Shown piece after piece: positions 19,098-29,590 of a stretch of 64,000 nucleotides of DNA. Source of the stretch: a virus; IMG/VR virus record IMGVR_UViG_3300009149_000022, positions 9,727 to 73,726 of that record; one strand, written 5' to 3'. The notes below the pieces were generated by a model that searched no databases, had not been told where the DNA came from, and saw only the letters and a list, made by a program, of their open reading frames with translations. Within the stretch, counting starts at the first letter, position 1. The number at the start of each line of letters is the position of its first letter. A program made the position numbers and the translations under genes.

Positions 19098-20762
19098 ATG
19101 AACAAAAATCAATTATTAGAAAACTGGTCACCAGTAATCGAACAAACAATTGGCACAAACGTAGACGCTTCTAAAAAACATTTAGTAGCGACCGTGTGTC
19201 AGTTACAAGAAAACTACGAAGCTAGATTGGCTTCTGGTGGTTTAAATGAAAATAACGCATATGCAACATTAGGTTCTGTGAACGGCATGGGTGGTGTGCA
19301 ATTACCATCTACAACTGGAAACGGTTGGTCAACTGGTGCTGATGGATCGGGTGATGTACCTTATTCACTATTACCATTGGCTATTCAAGTAGCGGCACAA
19401 ACAATTGGTTTGGAATTAGTTCCAACTATTCCAATGAATGCACCAGTAGGTATGTTGTCTTATATGGATTTCGTATACGCGGGTGGTAAAAATGGTTATG
19501 CACCACTAAACGATATTTATGCAGCCGGTACTGATGGAAAGTCTCCAAACTCTCCTATTTACATCAAAGCTGAATTAGATGCGTATACATTAGCTACTAA
19601 AGGAGCAACTGCTTCTATCGGTGGTGAAGCTGTTACTATACTTGGACAATCTAGAATAGATGGTTATTCAATCATTAAATTACCTAGAGAACTTTCAGGT
19701 TCTAACACGATGGCATCTTTGATTCCATCTACAACTACGGGTGCTGCACCAGTAACTATTACTTTTGCTGGTGGTACAGCAGGTATCATATCTAAAGCTG
19801 AACTAGTAAAAGCATTGGAAGATCACGTTATTGATTTTTCAACAAACCAAGGAGCTGATACATTCAACCAAGTAGATAAAATGTCAAGACTACAAGGAGA
19901 AACTACTCCAGCTAACGTAGGAAACTTGCAATTATTTTCTAAAGCTGTTGAAGCTAAGACTGTTCAAGCTGCGGCTGCGGTAACAAGAGAACAGTTGATG
20001 GACTTGAAACAATTTGGTATAGATGCAGTTGCACAAGCAAACCAATTCTTAGCAAATGAAATGACGCAAGTTATCAACAAAGACGTCTTGGGTGAAATAT
20101 TTGCACTAGGTTTGACTAACCATAAGAATATCGAAGCTGTAAGTGGAAGAAATTATCACTTGATCTTAGATAGTACTGCAACTACTTACACAGTAGGTAC
20201 TACACCAGCAACAACTGGTAACTTCTGGGAATATTTCGGTGCCGGTACTGTTATTAATGGTATTGATGCAGCTAACTTAGGTGCTGAAAACTTAGGAACA
20301 AGACAAAGACGATTAATGTCTAGAATGCTTATGACCTCAAACATTATCTCAGTAAGAGGTAGAAGAGGACCAGCCACATTTGCAGTTTGTTCTGCGGGTA
20401 CGGCTAGTGGATTCCAAGATTGTGCAGGATTCGTTCCTTACCCAATCGCAAACACCATCAATCAAGTACCGGGTGCTTTATACCCACTAGGAACTTTAGT
20501 TGGAATTGCAATCTACGTTGACCCTAACATGTCATTCGAAGATGGTAGAATCGCAGTAGGTAGAAAAGGTGATGGTAACACACCTGGTCTAGTATTCATG
20601 CCTTACGTTATGGCTGATACTGTTGAAACAATTGCAGAAGGTACTATGGCACCTAAACTTCAAATGAAGTCTAGATATGCACTAGTTCACGCTGGACACC
20701 ACCCAGAAACAATGTATCTTACATTGGGTGTTGATAATATTGTTGACCAAGTTTGGGCTTAA
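19098..20762 (+). CDS. gp23: Major capsid protein (gp23-like)
   Basis: LLENWSPV, PMNAPVG, E.LMDLK..GID, LANE...INK, FMPY, KSRYAL. Confidence 0.93.
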   Translation: MNKNQLLENWSPVIEQTIGTNVDASKKHLVATVCQLQENYEARLASGGLNENNAYATLGSVNGMGGVQLPSTTGNGWSTGADGSGDVPYSLLPLAIQVAAQTIGLELVPTIPMNAPVGMLSYMDFVYAGGKNGYAPLNDIYAAGTDGKSPNSPIYIKAELDAYTLATKGATASIGGEAVTILGQSRIDGYSIIKLPRELSGSNTMASLIPSTTTGAAPVTITFAGGTAGIISKAELVKALEDHVIDFSTNQGADTFNQVDKMSRLQGETTPANVGNLQLFSKAVEAKTVQAAAAVTREQLMDLKQFGIDAVAQANQFLANEMTQVINKDVLGEIFALGLTNHKNIEAVSGRNYHLILDSTATTYTVGTTPATTGNFWEYFGAGTVINGIDAANLGAENLGTRQRRLMSRMLMTSNIISVRGRRGPATFAVCSAGTASGFQDCAGFVPYPIANTINQVPGALYPLGTLVGIAIYVDPNMSFEDGRIAVGRKGDGNTPGLVFMPYVMADTVETIAEGTMAPKLQMKSRYALVHAGHHPETMYLTLGVDNIVDQVWA

Positions 20763-20781
20763 TTTCAAATTATCAATAAAC

Positions 20782-20813
20782 AAAAAAGGGAATCATTTAT
20801 GGTTCCCTTTTTT
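20782..20813 (+). terminator. Intrinsic terminator after the capsid gene
   Basis: AAAAAAGGGAATC...GGTTCCCTTTTTT. Confidence 0.8.
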
Positions 20814-20844
20814 ATTATTAAATATTAAAAAAAACATCTATGTC

Positions 20845-21816
20845 ATGTCCGATGAAAATATACTAAACGAAGAAGATTTAAGATTTTTAAAAGCTTATTT
20901 AGACACCGAAGAAAAAATTAAACAATTTTTAATAACTTATATGTATATATTATCCCCTGGTATGGCCGATGGTATCACAGAATCACAAATCATCGAAAGA
21001 ACAATACTAGAAAGTGATTTAATTAATGAAAATTTAATAGGAGACGTTTTTACATTTATAAAGGGTAAAAATGCAATAAGTAAATATTATAAGGGATTAG
21101 ATTCTGCCGCAAAAAACTATATATCAGCAGCTAAACAAATAGATAATTTAGATAGAGATAAAAGAGGTGATAAGAGAAAATCAGAATTGGATAAATACGA
21201 ATCTACCGTTAAAAAATTAGAAGATGTAAAGAAAAACATTGATAAATTAAAAAAGGATTCTAAAATACTATCAAAATATGATTCTTATTCAAATAACAAA
21301 TATAAAATAAAATTATTTCTAACTGGTAGAAAAGCTGGTGTTTCCTTATCTAAATTAAAAGGATATGAGGATGATATAGATGCAATTAAACAAAATCAAA
21401 CCACACTAAAACAAGATATTGAACAAGCTGAAAAGGAAGCAAAAGAGGCAGAAGAAAATCAAAAACCTAAAGAAACGCCCGACACAAATTCACCTGACGA
21501 TACCGAAAAAACTATAGATACAAAAAAGGAAAATATACAAAAAGAGTTAGATAAACTAAAAGAAAAGAAAAACAAAATAAAGAAAAACACCATTATTTTA
21601 AAAAACAAACTTAAAAATGGTGAATCATTAACAGATGAAGATAGAAGTAAACAAATTGATTATGCAAATAGTATTTCAAAAATAGAAGATCAAATTGTAA
21701 AATTAGAAAAAAATTTAAAAGAAAATTCAACACTATCGTTGTCTTTTTTCATGGATTTACACACACTTAACGAAGATATTACATGCTTAGAAAATTCAAT
21801 AGGAGAAAATCTATAA
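20845..21816 (+). CDS. Hypothetical coiled-coil protein, probably internal head protein
   Basis: Start revised to ATG 20845; multiple (I/L)xE sites. Confidence 0.6.
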   Translation: MSDENILNEEDLRFLKAYLDTEEKIKQFLITYMYILSPGMADGITESQIIERTILESDLINENLIGDVFTFIKGKNAISKYYKGLDSAAKNYISAAKQIDNLDRDKRGDKRKSELDKYESTVKKLEDVKKNIDKLKKDSKILSKYDSYSNNKYKIKLFLTGRKAGVSLSKLKGYEDDIDAIKQNQTTLKQDIEQAEKEAKEAEENQKPKETPDTNSPDDTEKTIDTKKENIQKELDKLKEKKNKIKKNTIILKNKLKNGESLTDEDRSKQIDYANSISKIEDQIVKLEKNLKENSTLSLSFFMDLHTLNEDITCLENSIGENL

Positions 21817-22424
21817 GAAAAAATTTTAACACAGATATAATCTATAAGGGTTTACTTTTAGATAAGGCAAATCAACAAGAAAAAAAAGTACTTACAACTA
21901 GTAAAATTGCACAAAAGTGGTTTGATGATGATTTGTTTTGTAACATACTAATCCAAAAGGATAAGTTTTTTATGAATAAGTTAACGGGTCACCAAACAAA
22001 AAGATTATTTCCTTTTTATCCTAGTTTTATACCACTAATAGATTCGAAAACAATTCTATCTAAAGAAGAATATTATTGGACAGCAAATACTATTGAATAT
22101 CCTTGTATACGATGTAACAATCCAACCATTTCGTTTTTGGGGGATTTTAAATTAAAAAATGTTTTGTGTGGTAATTGCATAGAGGACCACTATATTAATA
22201 AAATGGGACGTTTCGATAAACACATGCACAATCACGAATATTCTAAATATCAACAAAATTTTTATATTATCAACAAAGAACATCAAAGTATGATATTCAA
22301 TAAACTCATTAAAAGAGAAAGATCACTATATATCAACGATAAGACAATTTTGAAATCTGTAAAAAGAGTATACACAAACAAATTGAATCACATAGAAAAA
22401 ATATTTAATTCTTTACTAGGTTAA
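21783..22424 (+). CDS. Hypothetical protein with CxxC...CxxC zinc finger
   Basis: CIRC / CGNC. Confidence 0.6.
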   Translation: MLRKFNRRKSIRKNFNTDIIYKGLLLDKANQQEKKVLTTSKIAQKWFDDDLFCNILIQKDKFFMNKLTGHQTKRLFPFYPSFIPLIDSKTILSKEEYYWTANTIEYPCIRCNNPTISFLGDFKLKNVLCGNCIEDHYINKMGRFDKHMHNHEYSKYQQNFYIINKEHQSMIFNKLIKRERSLYINDKTILKSVKRVYTNKLNHIEKIFNSLLG

Positions 22425-23073
22425 ATTTTATCAAATAAGGTAAAATTATACCCAACGGATTCAATGCTATGCTCGTTTTTATTTCTATTACATTATTTTC
22501 TTCATCATATACAAAGGGTGTTTCACTATAGAACGAACCGTTATATTTAACCTTTCCATTTTTTGATATTGTATAATGTTCGATTATAGAACAATTACAC
22601 ATTTCTATATAAACATGTAACTTTTTTCTTTTATCCAGTATTCGTTTTCTGACAACAGAAATATTATTCTTTAAAAATGTTATAGTTGATTTTATTTCCA
22701 GATATTTCTTTTTCAATTGTAACACACTACGTGTTGCAATTTCATCTATTTCAGCTAGTTCTAGTGAAGTTCCGGGTAATTCATAAATATAATTAAACAA
22801 TTTTTCACTTTTCTTATCTTTATTAATAATTTCATAACTAGCAATAAAAGATTCTAAGTCTCTATATCTTTTTTCCAATGTTTCAAACTCTTGAAACAAA
22901 AACCCTTTATCAATGTTTTGCTCAACTCTTTGTAAATATGCCATTAGTTTCCAATGTTTGTGTTCGACATCTATAGGTTCTTCTACAAACCACGTGTTAG
23001 GGAATTCGTTTGGAACATAGTTCTTATCTTCGATTATAATTTTATCGGTTCCTATAAAATATTCTGTATTCAT
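22405..23073 (-). CDS. Hypothetical protein
   Basis: 222 aa ORF filling the gap, divergent from the clamp loader. Confidence 0.7.
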   Translation of the reverse strand: MNTEYFIGTDKIIIEDKNYVPNEFPNTWFVEEPIDVEHKHWKLMAYLQRVEQNIDKGFLFQEFETLEKRYRDLESFIASYEIINKDKKSEKLFNYIYELPGTSLELAEIDEIATRSVLQLKKKYLEIKSTITFLKNNISVVRKRILDKRKKLHVYIEMCNCSIIEHYTISKNGKVKYNGSFYSETPFVYDEENNVIEIKTSIALNPLGIILPYLIKFNLVKN

Positions 23074-23117
23074 ATTGTCTTTAATTAGTATAAAACATTG
23101 TTACTAATTTATTTAAT

Positions 23118-24071
23118 ATGAGTTTAAAAAACAACATTTGGGTCGAAAAATATAGACCACAAACATTAGAAGAATTAATTATACCCGAACGTGTTTATAA
23201 TAAATTCAAAGGTGGTAAATTGAACAACCATGTTTTGTTATATGGTAGTCCCGGATTGGGTAAAACTAGTTTAGGTAAAATCATAGCAAAAGATATGGTG
23301 AGTTTAGAAATAAATTGTTCACTTGATACTAGTGTAGACAATGTAAGGAATAAAATAACAGATTTTTGTTCTAATATTTCTATTTTAAATGGTAAGAGAG
23401 GTCAAAAAGTAGTTTTGTTAGATGAGTTTGATGGTGTTTCTGAACAATATCTAAAAGCTATGAGGGGTGTGATAGAAAAATTTGCATCGACAACCAGATT
23501 TATAGCAACTTGTAATTATATTCAAAAGATACCTGATAACGTACAATCAAGATTTGATTGTATAAATTTCGATTTTCCGAAAGAGGAAGAAAGAGATTTA
23601 ATGAAAAAATACTTGATTAGGTTTAACACAATATGCAAAGCTGAAGGAATTACAATTGAGCCCAAGGTCATGGGTAAAATTATAAAAAAACACTTTCCAG
23701 ATCTTAGAAGTACTATAACATTTTTACAAGGAATGTACGAAGAAGGTAAATCTGAAATCAAAGAAGAAGATTTATCGACATTCACGGGTGAAAATAAAGA
23801 ATTGTTTGATAAGTTGTCGAATGCTAACGAAAAGTTTATCGACATTTATGTTTACGCATTTAAAAATCATGTCAATAATGAAGACAATGTGTTTAATTCA
23901 TTGGGTAAAGAATTTATAGATTACCTAATGAAAAAAGAAATAGATTCTAATAAAATAGGTAATGTTATTGTCGATGTTGCTGATTATACATATAAATCTA
24001 ATTTCGTTATAGATAAGTTCGTAACACTTTCTGCTTGTTTACAAAAAATTAAAAAAACACTAAATGAATAA
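23118..24071 (+). CDS. gp44: Clamp loader large subunit (gp44/RFC)
   Basis: WVEKYRP, GSPGLGKT, LLDEFD, SRF, PDLR. Confidence 0.95.
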   Translation: MSLKNNIWVEKYRPQTLEELIIPERVYNKFKGGKLNNHVLLYGSPGLGKTSLGKIIAKDMVSLEINCSLDTSVDNVRNKITDFCSNISILNGKRGQKVVLLDEFDGVSEQYLKAMRGVIEKFASTTRFIATCNYIQKIPDNVQSRFDCINFDFPKEEERDLMKKYLIRFNTICKAEGITIEPKVMGKIIKKHFPDLRSTITFLQGMYEEGKSEIKEEDLSTFTGENKELFDKLSNANEKFIDIYVYAFKNHVNNEDNVFNSLGKEFIDYLMKKEIDSNKIGNVIVDVADYTYKSNFVIDKFVTLSACLQKIKKTLNE

Positions 24072-25257
24072 ATTTACACTAATAGTCGATGGTAACTATT
24101 TATTATATTCTACTTTGAGTGTGATTCAGCTATTTTCGCCCAAAAACACTATGTTTTTGAAAGACAATGATGAAGAAATCATAAGAAAAGATACAAACGT
24201 GTTGTTAGAAAAACTCACACAAGTATATTCTAAAGACATTAGAAGTATTAGTCCCATATTAGAAAATGTTGTGATTACTGTTGATGATTCCAATTCTTGG
24301 CGAAAAGATTTACACTTAACGAAAAATTATAAGGGTATAAAAAAACATTTACACTATAAGGGTAACCGACACAAGGACGAAAGTTTAAATTGGAATATTA
24401 TTTTCGAAGTATTCAATTCATTTTTAAAAGGTGTTGCCCTATCATCTAATGTTCACTTTAAATCTATTCCCGGATGTGAAGCTGATGATTTAATATTTGG
24501 GTATGCAAATTATTTAAGTGCGATGGGTAAAAGTTCTATAATTTATTCTGGTGATGGTGACTTAAAACAATGTGTGGGATTTAATAAAAGTAAAAATGCG
24601 TTTATAGTTCAATATCAAAAACAAATTAAGAAAATGTGGATTGATAGAGAAACCGCTTTATACTTAAAAGAAAACCAAAAATCATACTTAGTTGATTGCA
24701 TTCGTTCCGTCGTTGCTAATACATCATCTAAACTTAGTGTTGTGAACCCATTTGAGGTCGTTCTGGGCAAAGTTTTAGGTGGTGATGTATCAGACAACAT
24801 TTTTCCAATTATCGTTGAATCTAGACAATATAAACCAACCGCAAAAAAAGCAGGTGAATGGTTCGAAACTGGTGTGACTAATACAATTATTAATAATATA
24901 CAAAAAGAAATTGAATTTTCAAAATATAACGTAGAAGATTTATTTCGCTCGGATTTCAAAAAAAAGTTAGCAAGTTCTACATTGCGAAATTTCAAAACAC
25001 AAAATCGCTATTCGGTTGATGATATTGAAAACAACGTAGATGTTAATACAACATTAGTATTATTACATAAAGATACTATACCTAGTTATTTGTATTCTGA
25101 AATAATAGATTGGTGCGAAAAGGTTTTTGAAAAAAAGAATTGTGATTTAAAAACCCAATTTGATTATAAGAAATTATTACAATCTATATCACTATATGAT
25201 AAAAAGTTACATGACAATTCATCAAGTGCAAGTATTTTTAAAGAATTAGGTATATGA
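24064..25257 (+). CDS. rnh: T4 RNase H-like 5'-3' exonuclease
   Basis: VDGNY, SWRK, YKGNR, EADDLI, SGDGDLKQ, GDVSDNI. Confidence 0.9.
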   Translation: MNKFTLIVDGNYLLYSTLSVIQLFSPKNTMFLKDNDEEIIRKDTNVLLEKLTQVYSKDIRSISPILENVVITVDDSNSWRKDLHLTKNYKGIKKHLHYKGNRHKDESLNWNIIFEVFNSFLKGVALSSNVHFKSIPGCEADDLIFGYANYLSAMGKSSIIYSGDGDLKQCVGFNKSKNAFIVQYQKQIKKMWIDRETALYLKENQKSYLVDCIRSVVANTSSKLSVVNPFEVVLGKVLGGDVSDNIFPIIVESRQYKPTAKKAGEWFETGVTNTIINNIQKEIEFSKYNVEDLFRSDFKKKLASSTLRNFKTQNRYSVDDIENNVDVNTTLVLLHKDTIPSYLYSEIIDWCEKVFEKKNCDLKTQFDYKKLLQSISLYDKKLHDNSSSASIFKELGI

Positions 25258-25694
25258 TAATTAAAACACCATTCGATATAATGAATCATTTGGGTAAATC
25301 ATCATATAATGAAATATCCAACATAGATAAAAAAAGACATTCTTTTATTATTAATAGAATGATGTCCAGGACATTACCCGATGTTGCTATTGACATGTCT
25401 CACATGAAAATGATACCAGAAACAGTTGTTGATTTTTGGCATTGTGCTTTTATGGATATGTCAAGAACACCAAGGGGTATGAAAATATTATCACACATAC
25501 GATCTGCTTTTAGAATTAGTATGGCTGGTGCAAAGAAAAAAGTTTCTAAAAAAATAGATTCAGATTTATCAAAAAAATACATGCAAATTAGTAAAATAGG
25601 ACAAAAAGAATTTGGTGTTTTGTCACATTATTACGAAAAGGAATTGATTAAATATCTAAAGAAACTATCTTATATGATAGAAACTACTAAATAA
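25254..25694 (+). CDS. Clamp loader small subunit (gp62-like)
   Basis: FIINRMMS motif resembles gp62; near gp44. Confidence 0.5.
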   Translation: MIIKTPFDIMNHLGKSSYNEISNIDKKRHSFIINRMMSRTLPDVAIDMSHMKMIPETVVDFWHCAFMDMSRTPRGMKILSHIRSAFRISMAGAKKKVSKKIDSDLSKKYMQISKIGQKEFGVLSHYYEKELIKYLKKLSYMIETTK

Positions 25695-25696
25695 AT

Positions 25697-26476
25697 ATGA
25701 ACATTAAAGAAAAATTTTGGGTGGGAACTTTCATATCACTATGGGTTCTCGTAAGTACTGTGAGTACATTTCACAGTGTGGAATTCTTTGGATTATCAAA
25801 TAATTTATTTCTTTCTTGGTGTATAGCAATCGGTTTTGAAATTGGTGCAATGGCATCACTAGGGGGGTTGTTAATTGACAAGGGAAATAAAACAATCGTT
25901 TGGATGTTGTTCATTATACTAACAGCTTTTCAAATTCATGGTAATATGTATTGGGCATGGTCACATGCTGGTGATATATCTGAATGGTCTAAGTTATTCG
26001 ATTTAGTTGAAGAAGACCCAAATTTTACAAAAAGAGTATTTGCATTTATAAGTGGTGGGATATTACCCCTAATTTCATTGGGGTTTATTAAATCATTAAT
26101 GGATTATATGAAACCTAAAGATGAGGTTGTAAAAGACAAAAATGATACACAAGAAGAAAAAACGGTTGAAAATACGATAGAAGATATCGAAGAAAATAAA
26201 AACGAATTACAAGAAGATGATTCTTTAGTTAACTTAGAAACCGAAATTGATATTCCCGAAAACACCCCAGTTGAAAATGATAATTTTGAAAAGTGGTCAA
26301 CAAGTGAATCAGAAGACCTGATGCCCGATGAACTTTTCGAATTAGGTAAACAAGAACCTGAACCTATTGACTATAATCCATTACCACGTGTGTTAAATAA
26401 GGAGATAGACCCTACTAAGTTAGGTGACATTATTGATAATGCAGAAAATACTGTAAATTCAATAGGTGAAAAATAA
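25697..26476 (+). CDS. Membrane protein (about 4 TM) with acidic tail
   Basis: Four hydrophobic segments in the N-terminal 135 aa. Confidence 0.7.
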   Translation: MNIKEKFWVGTFISLWVLVSTVSTFHSVEFFGLSNNLFLSWCIAIGFEIGAMASLGGLLIDKGNKTIVWMLFIILTAFQIHGNMYWAWSHAGDISEWSKLFDLVEEDPNFTKRVFAFISGGILPLISLGFIKSLMDYMKPKDEVVKDKNDTQEEKTVENTIEDIEENKNELQEDDSLVNLETEIDIPENTPVENDNFEKWSTSESEDLMPDELFELGKQEPEPIDYNPLPRVLNKEIDPTKLGDIIDNAENTVNSIGEK

Positions 26477-26486
26477 TTAACTATAA

Positions 26487-27551
26487 ATGTCAAGTACTAC
26501 TAAATGTGTAATAAGAATAGATGAAAATGGCCCAAGAGTAGAATCTAATGGTAATGTAATCGCAAGTGATTTAAAATTAACACTAAAGGATTACACACCA
26601 GATGTTACAAATTGGACCACTTGGAATGGTACATTAAATATGGGTGATGAAATCAATATCACAACACCTTATAGTTTTATTGCTGTTCGTGCAAGAAATT
26701 TAGGTACTAGTATTGGCAGTACTATAAATACATCAAACGGATCTATTGATTTAACCAGTGCATGTTTACCAGCAAACAACTCACTAGCTAGTAATTGTGG
26801 GTGTAATTCAACAGGTGATTCCACCAGTGATGTCCTACTAGATTTTGAAATGAGTCAATACACAACATACGAACTAGATAATAAAACCATATATTCAGAT
26901 AATGCATATGTTTTTGATTGTTCACATGGTACAACAGCTTCTGGTGTAACAGGGTGGACAGGATGTGTGTGTTCAGATACTATAGATTGTGGTGCAACAG
27001 GTGCAACGGGTGCAACAGGTTCTGTTGGAATAACTGGTGCTATAGGTGGTACTTGTATCATAGGGGCAACGTCTTCGGCAAAAGGTGTATACGATTATGT
27101 TTTTACTGGAATCCTTAAAGATAACAATATAGTAATCAAATCTAGTGATGCCGAATCCGATTATAAGTGTAAGTTAGATTATTATGCTTATGGTAAAGTA
27201 GACAATGAATACATTTTGTTTATTTTTGATGATACACATGGTAAGTGGGTAATAGTCAAATTAGATCAAAAAATAAGTGATATAGTAGAAAATAAAATCT
27301 CTTTTAATATCATTGAATTAATAGAGTGGTCTGAAAGTAATTACACTTATAAAAATAGTAATATAACAATGCCTAGTAGTATAGGTTATACTGGCACTAA
27401 TACTTATGTTGGTTCTATTTCAGAACTAGACAGTAATATGCCAGTTATATTCAAGTTGAATAGTTTATTTATAATGGAATCAAAAACCTTTACTGGTAAA
27501 ATATCCACTAAGGTAAATAACCTAGATGTCAACATAATGTTAGCAGTTTAA
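26487..27551 (+). CDS. Structural protein with short collagen-like G-x-T repeat and Cys-rich flanks
   Basis: GATGATGATGSVGITGAIGG; Ser/Thr-rich. Confidence 0.6.
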   Translation: MSSTTKCVIRIDENGPRVESNGNVIASDLKLTLKDYTPDVTNWTTWNGTLNMGDEINITTPYSFIAVRARNLGTSIGSTINTSNGSIDLTSACLPANNSLASNCGCNSTGDSTSDVLLDFEMSQYTTYELDNKTIYSDNAYVFDCSHGTTASGVTGWTGCVCSDTIDCGATGATGATGSVGITGAIGGTCIIGATSSAKGVYDYVFTGILKDNNIVIKSSDAESDYKCKLDYYAYGKVDNEYILFIFDDTHGKWVIVKLDQKISDIVENKISFNIIELIEWSESNYTYKNSNITMPSSIGYTGTNTYVGSISELDSNMPVIFKLNSLFIMESKTFTGKISTKVNNLDVNIMLAV

Positions 27552-27568
27552 TTTAAATATATATAAAA

Positions 27569-27811
27569 ATGGAAAACAAACAAAACCAAAAACACAAAGT
27601 TACTAATATAAACGAAGCGGTTTCGATATTAAGACAAGCTGCCGAACTTGGTAGACAACGAGGTATATTCGAATGGGGAGATTTAGATTTAATCAAACAA
27701 TCTATGGATCTTTTAGATGAAGCCGCTGAAAATGCACAAAAAAATCAATCTACACCCAAAGTAGATAACGAAACAAACGAAGTTGTATTAGAACCCACTA
27801 AACAACAATAG
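27569..27811 (+). CDS. Hypothetical protein
   Basis: 80 aa, late promoter upstream. Confidence 0.65.
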   Translation: MENKQNQKHKVTNINEAVSILRQAAELGRQRGIFEWGDLDLIKQSMDLLDEAAENAQKNQSTPKVDNETNEVVLEPTKQQ

Positions 27812-29020
27812 ATGAATTCTAAAATAGTATTAACTATGATAGTAAAGAATGAGGAGCACGTTATAGAACGCGCCCTCAATTCTTGTTATAATATGATAGA
27901 TTCCTATTGTATAGTAGACACAGGTTCTACCGATAACACTAAAGAAGTTATTAAAAATTTCTTTGATTCTAAAGGGATAAACGGTAAAATTGTTGATTTT
28001 GAATTCACTAATTTTGAGGATTGTAGAAACAAAAGTATAGAACACGCAAAGAATTTGGGCGACTATGGGTTTTGGATAGACGCAGATGAACAATTAGTTT
28101 TAGATAAAACTTTTACTAAAGAATCGTTCAAATTATTTACAAAGAAATACAATTTCCCGGATCAACTTGCGGTAATGTGTCACTATGGTAATGTAAAATA
28201 CCATAGATCACAATTTTACAAATTCGATACAAACTGGTATTGGTATGGTCCAGTACACGAGGTTTTAAAATGTGACAAAAAAACAACTTCCATAGAGTTT
28301 CCTTTTGGACATGTTCAAATATCATCAGATGGTAATTCTTGGAAAACAGATGATTTATCAAAAAAATATCAAGACCATGCTGAAATACTATTAAAGTATC
28401 AAGAAGATAACGATTGGGAAGACCCAAGATGGACATTTTATTTGGCACAGTCATATAAAGATGCTGCAAATATCAGACTTTCAAACGACCCATCCGACGA
28501 ATTGGGCATAACACTAGCAAAAAAAGGAATACAATATTTTACCGAAAGAACAAAAACGAATACTGGGTTTTATCAAGAAATTTATTATTCACAATTGATG
28601 ATTGCCAGACTAAATTATCACATATCTAGCGACGAGGTGATTATGAAACATTTGATGAAATGTGAAGAAATGAATTTAGATAATAGGGTTGAACACATTT
28701 TTAATTTGTGTTCGTTTTTACAAACATCTAATTTACACAAAAATGCTTTGTTTTATTTGAAACAAGGGTTGAAATATTTAAAAGATGGGTGTAAAAGTAC
28801 ACTATTTGTAGAATCTTTTGTGTATGAATGGGCACTGTATGACATGTATGCAATTTCCTTGTTTTATACTAATAAAATAGAAGAATCGTTAAAATATTTC
28901 AAATATGCACTTAAAAAAGCCGAAAATGGAAACGCATCAAATATTGACATTGAAAGAGTTAGAAATAATGTTAAATCCGCTGAGAATGCGATTAGGCAAT
29001 ACAATAGTAAAACTAAATAA
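27812..29020 (+). CDS. GT2 glycosyltransferase with C-terminal TPR-like repeats
   Basis: MIVKNEE, VDTGSTD, DADE, VHE, FYLAQSY. Confidence 0.9.
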   Translation: MNSKIVLTMIVKNEEHVIERALNSCYNMIDSYCIVDTGSTDNTKEVIKNFFDSKGINGKIVDFEFTNFEDCRNKSIEHAKNLGDYGFWIDADEQLVLDKTFTKESFKLFTKKYNFPDQLAVMCHYGNVKYHRSQFYKFDTNWYWYGPVHEVLKCDKKTTSIEFPFGHVQISSDGNSWKTDDLSKKYQDHAEILLKYQEDNDWEDPRWTFYLAQSYKDAANIRLSNDPSDELGITLAKKGIQYFTERTKTNTGFYQEIYYSQLMIARLNYHISSDEVIMKHLMKCEEMNLDNRVEHIFNLCSFLQTSNLHKNALFYLKQGLKYLKDGCKSTLFVESFVYEWALYDMYAISLFYTNKIEESLKYFKYALKKAENGNASNIDIERVRNNVKSAENAIRQYNSKTK

Positions 29021-29222
29021 AGAATATGAATCCAATAAGGAAATAATATTTACTTTTGGTGATAACAAACTTCTTTTATACAAAACACCATATAGTCCTA
29101 TATATTACAAAAATGGTAATATAGATGATTTGTGTGTAAAAATTAACGATTTCAGAAAGGTGTTAAATAAACTAACATTTAGTGAAAATAGTATATATAT
29201 GACATTTCATAATGGAAACTAA
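28986..29222 (+). CDS. Hypothetical protein
   Basis: ORF filling the gap; start uncertain. Confidence 0.4.
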   Translation: MRLGNTIVKLNKEYESNKEIIFTFGDNKLLLYKTPYSPIYYKNGNIDDLCVKINDFRKVLNKLTFSENSIYMTFHNGN

Positions 29223-29562
29223 AAAAATCACATATTTCGATACTACAAAAAAATTACTACAAAATTTAGAAAATTGTACTAACAAGGATATTGATGTTTC
29301 ATTTATAAAAGATGCACTAAAAACAATTATAAATATAATGCAAACACAAAACTCATTTATCGAATACTTAGTTGAATTAGACGATAACATGGAATTAGTT
29401 TCTGACGATTCCCAAATAATAAAAGGTATGATTTGTTTTATAAGAGGTCGAAAGAAATTTGGTAAAATAGTAGACATAGATGAAGAATCTGGAATATATA
29501 CACTTAAAGTTTTGGATACTGACGAAAAACTAAGAGTGACTAAAAAACACTTTAATATTTAG
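29212..29562 (+). CDS. Hypothetical protein (C-terminal SH3/KOW-like beta segment)
   Basis: IKGMICFIRG..FGKIVDID. Confidence 0.6.
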   Translation: METKKITYFDTTKKLLQNLENCTNKDIDVSFIKDALKTIINIMQTQNSFIEYLVELDDNMELVSDDSQIIKGMICFIRGRKKFGKIVDIDEESGIYTLKVLDTDEKLRVTKKHFNI

Positions 29563-29590
29563 ATTAAATAAAACACACAAAATTTATAAT

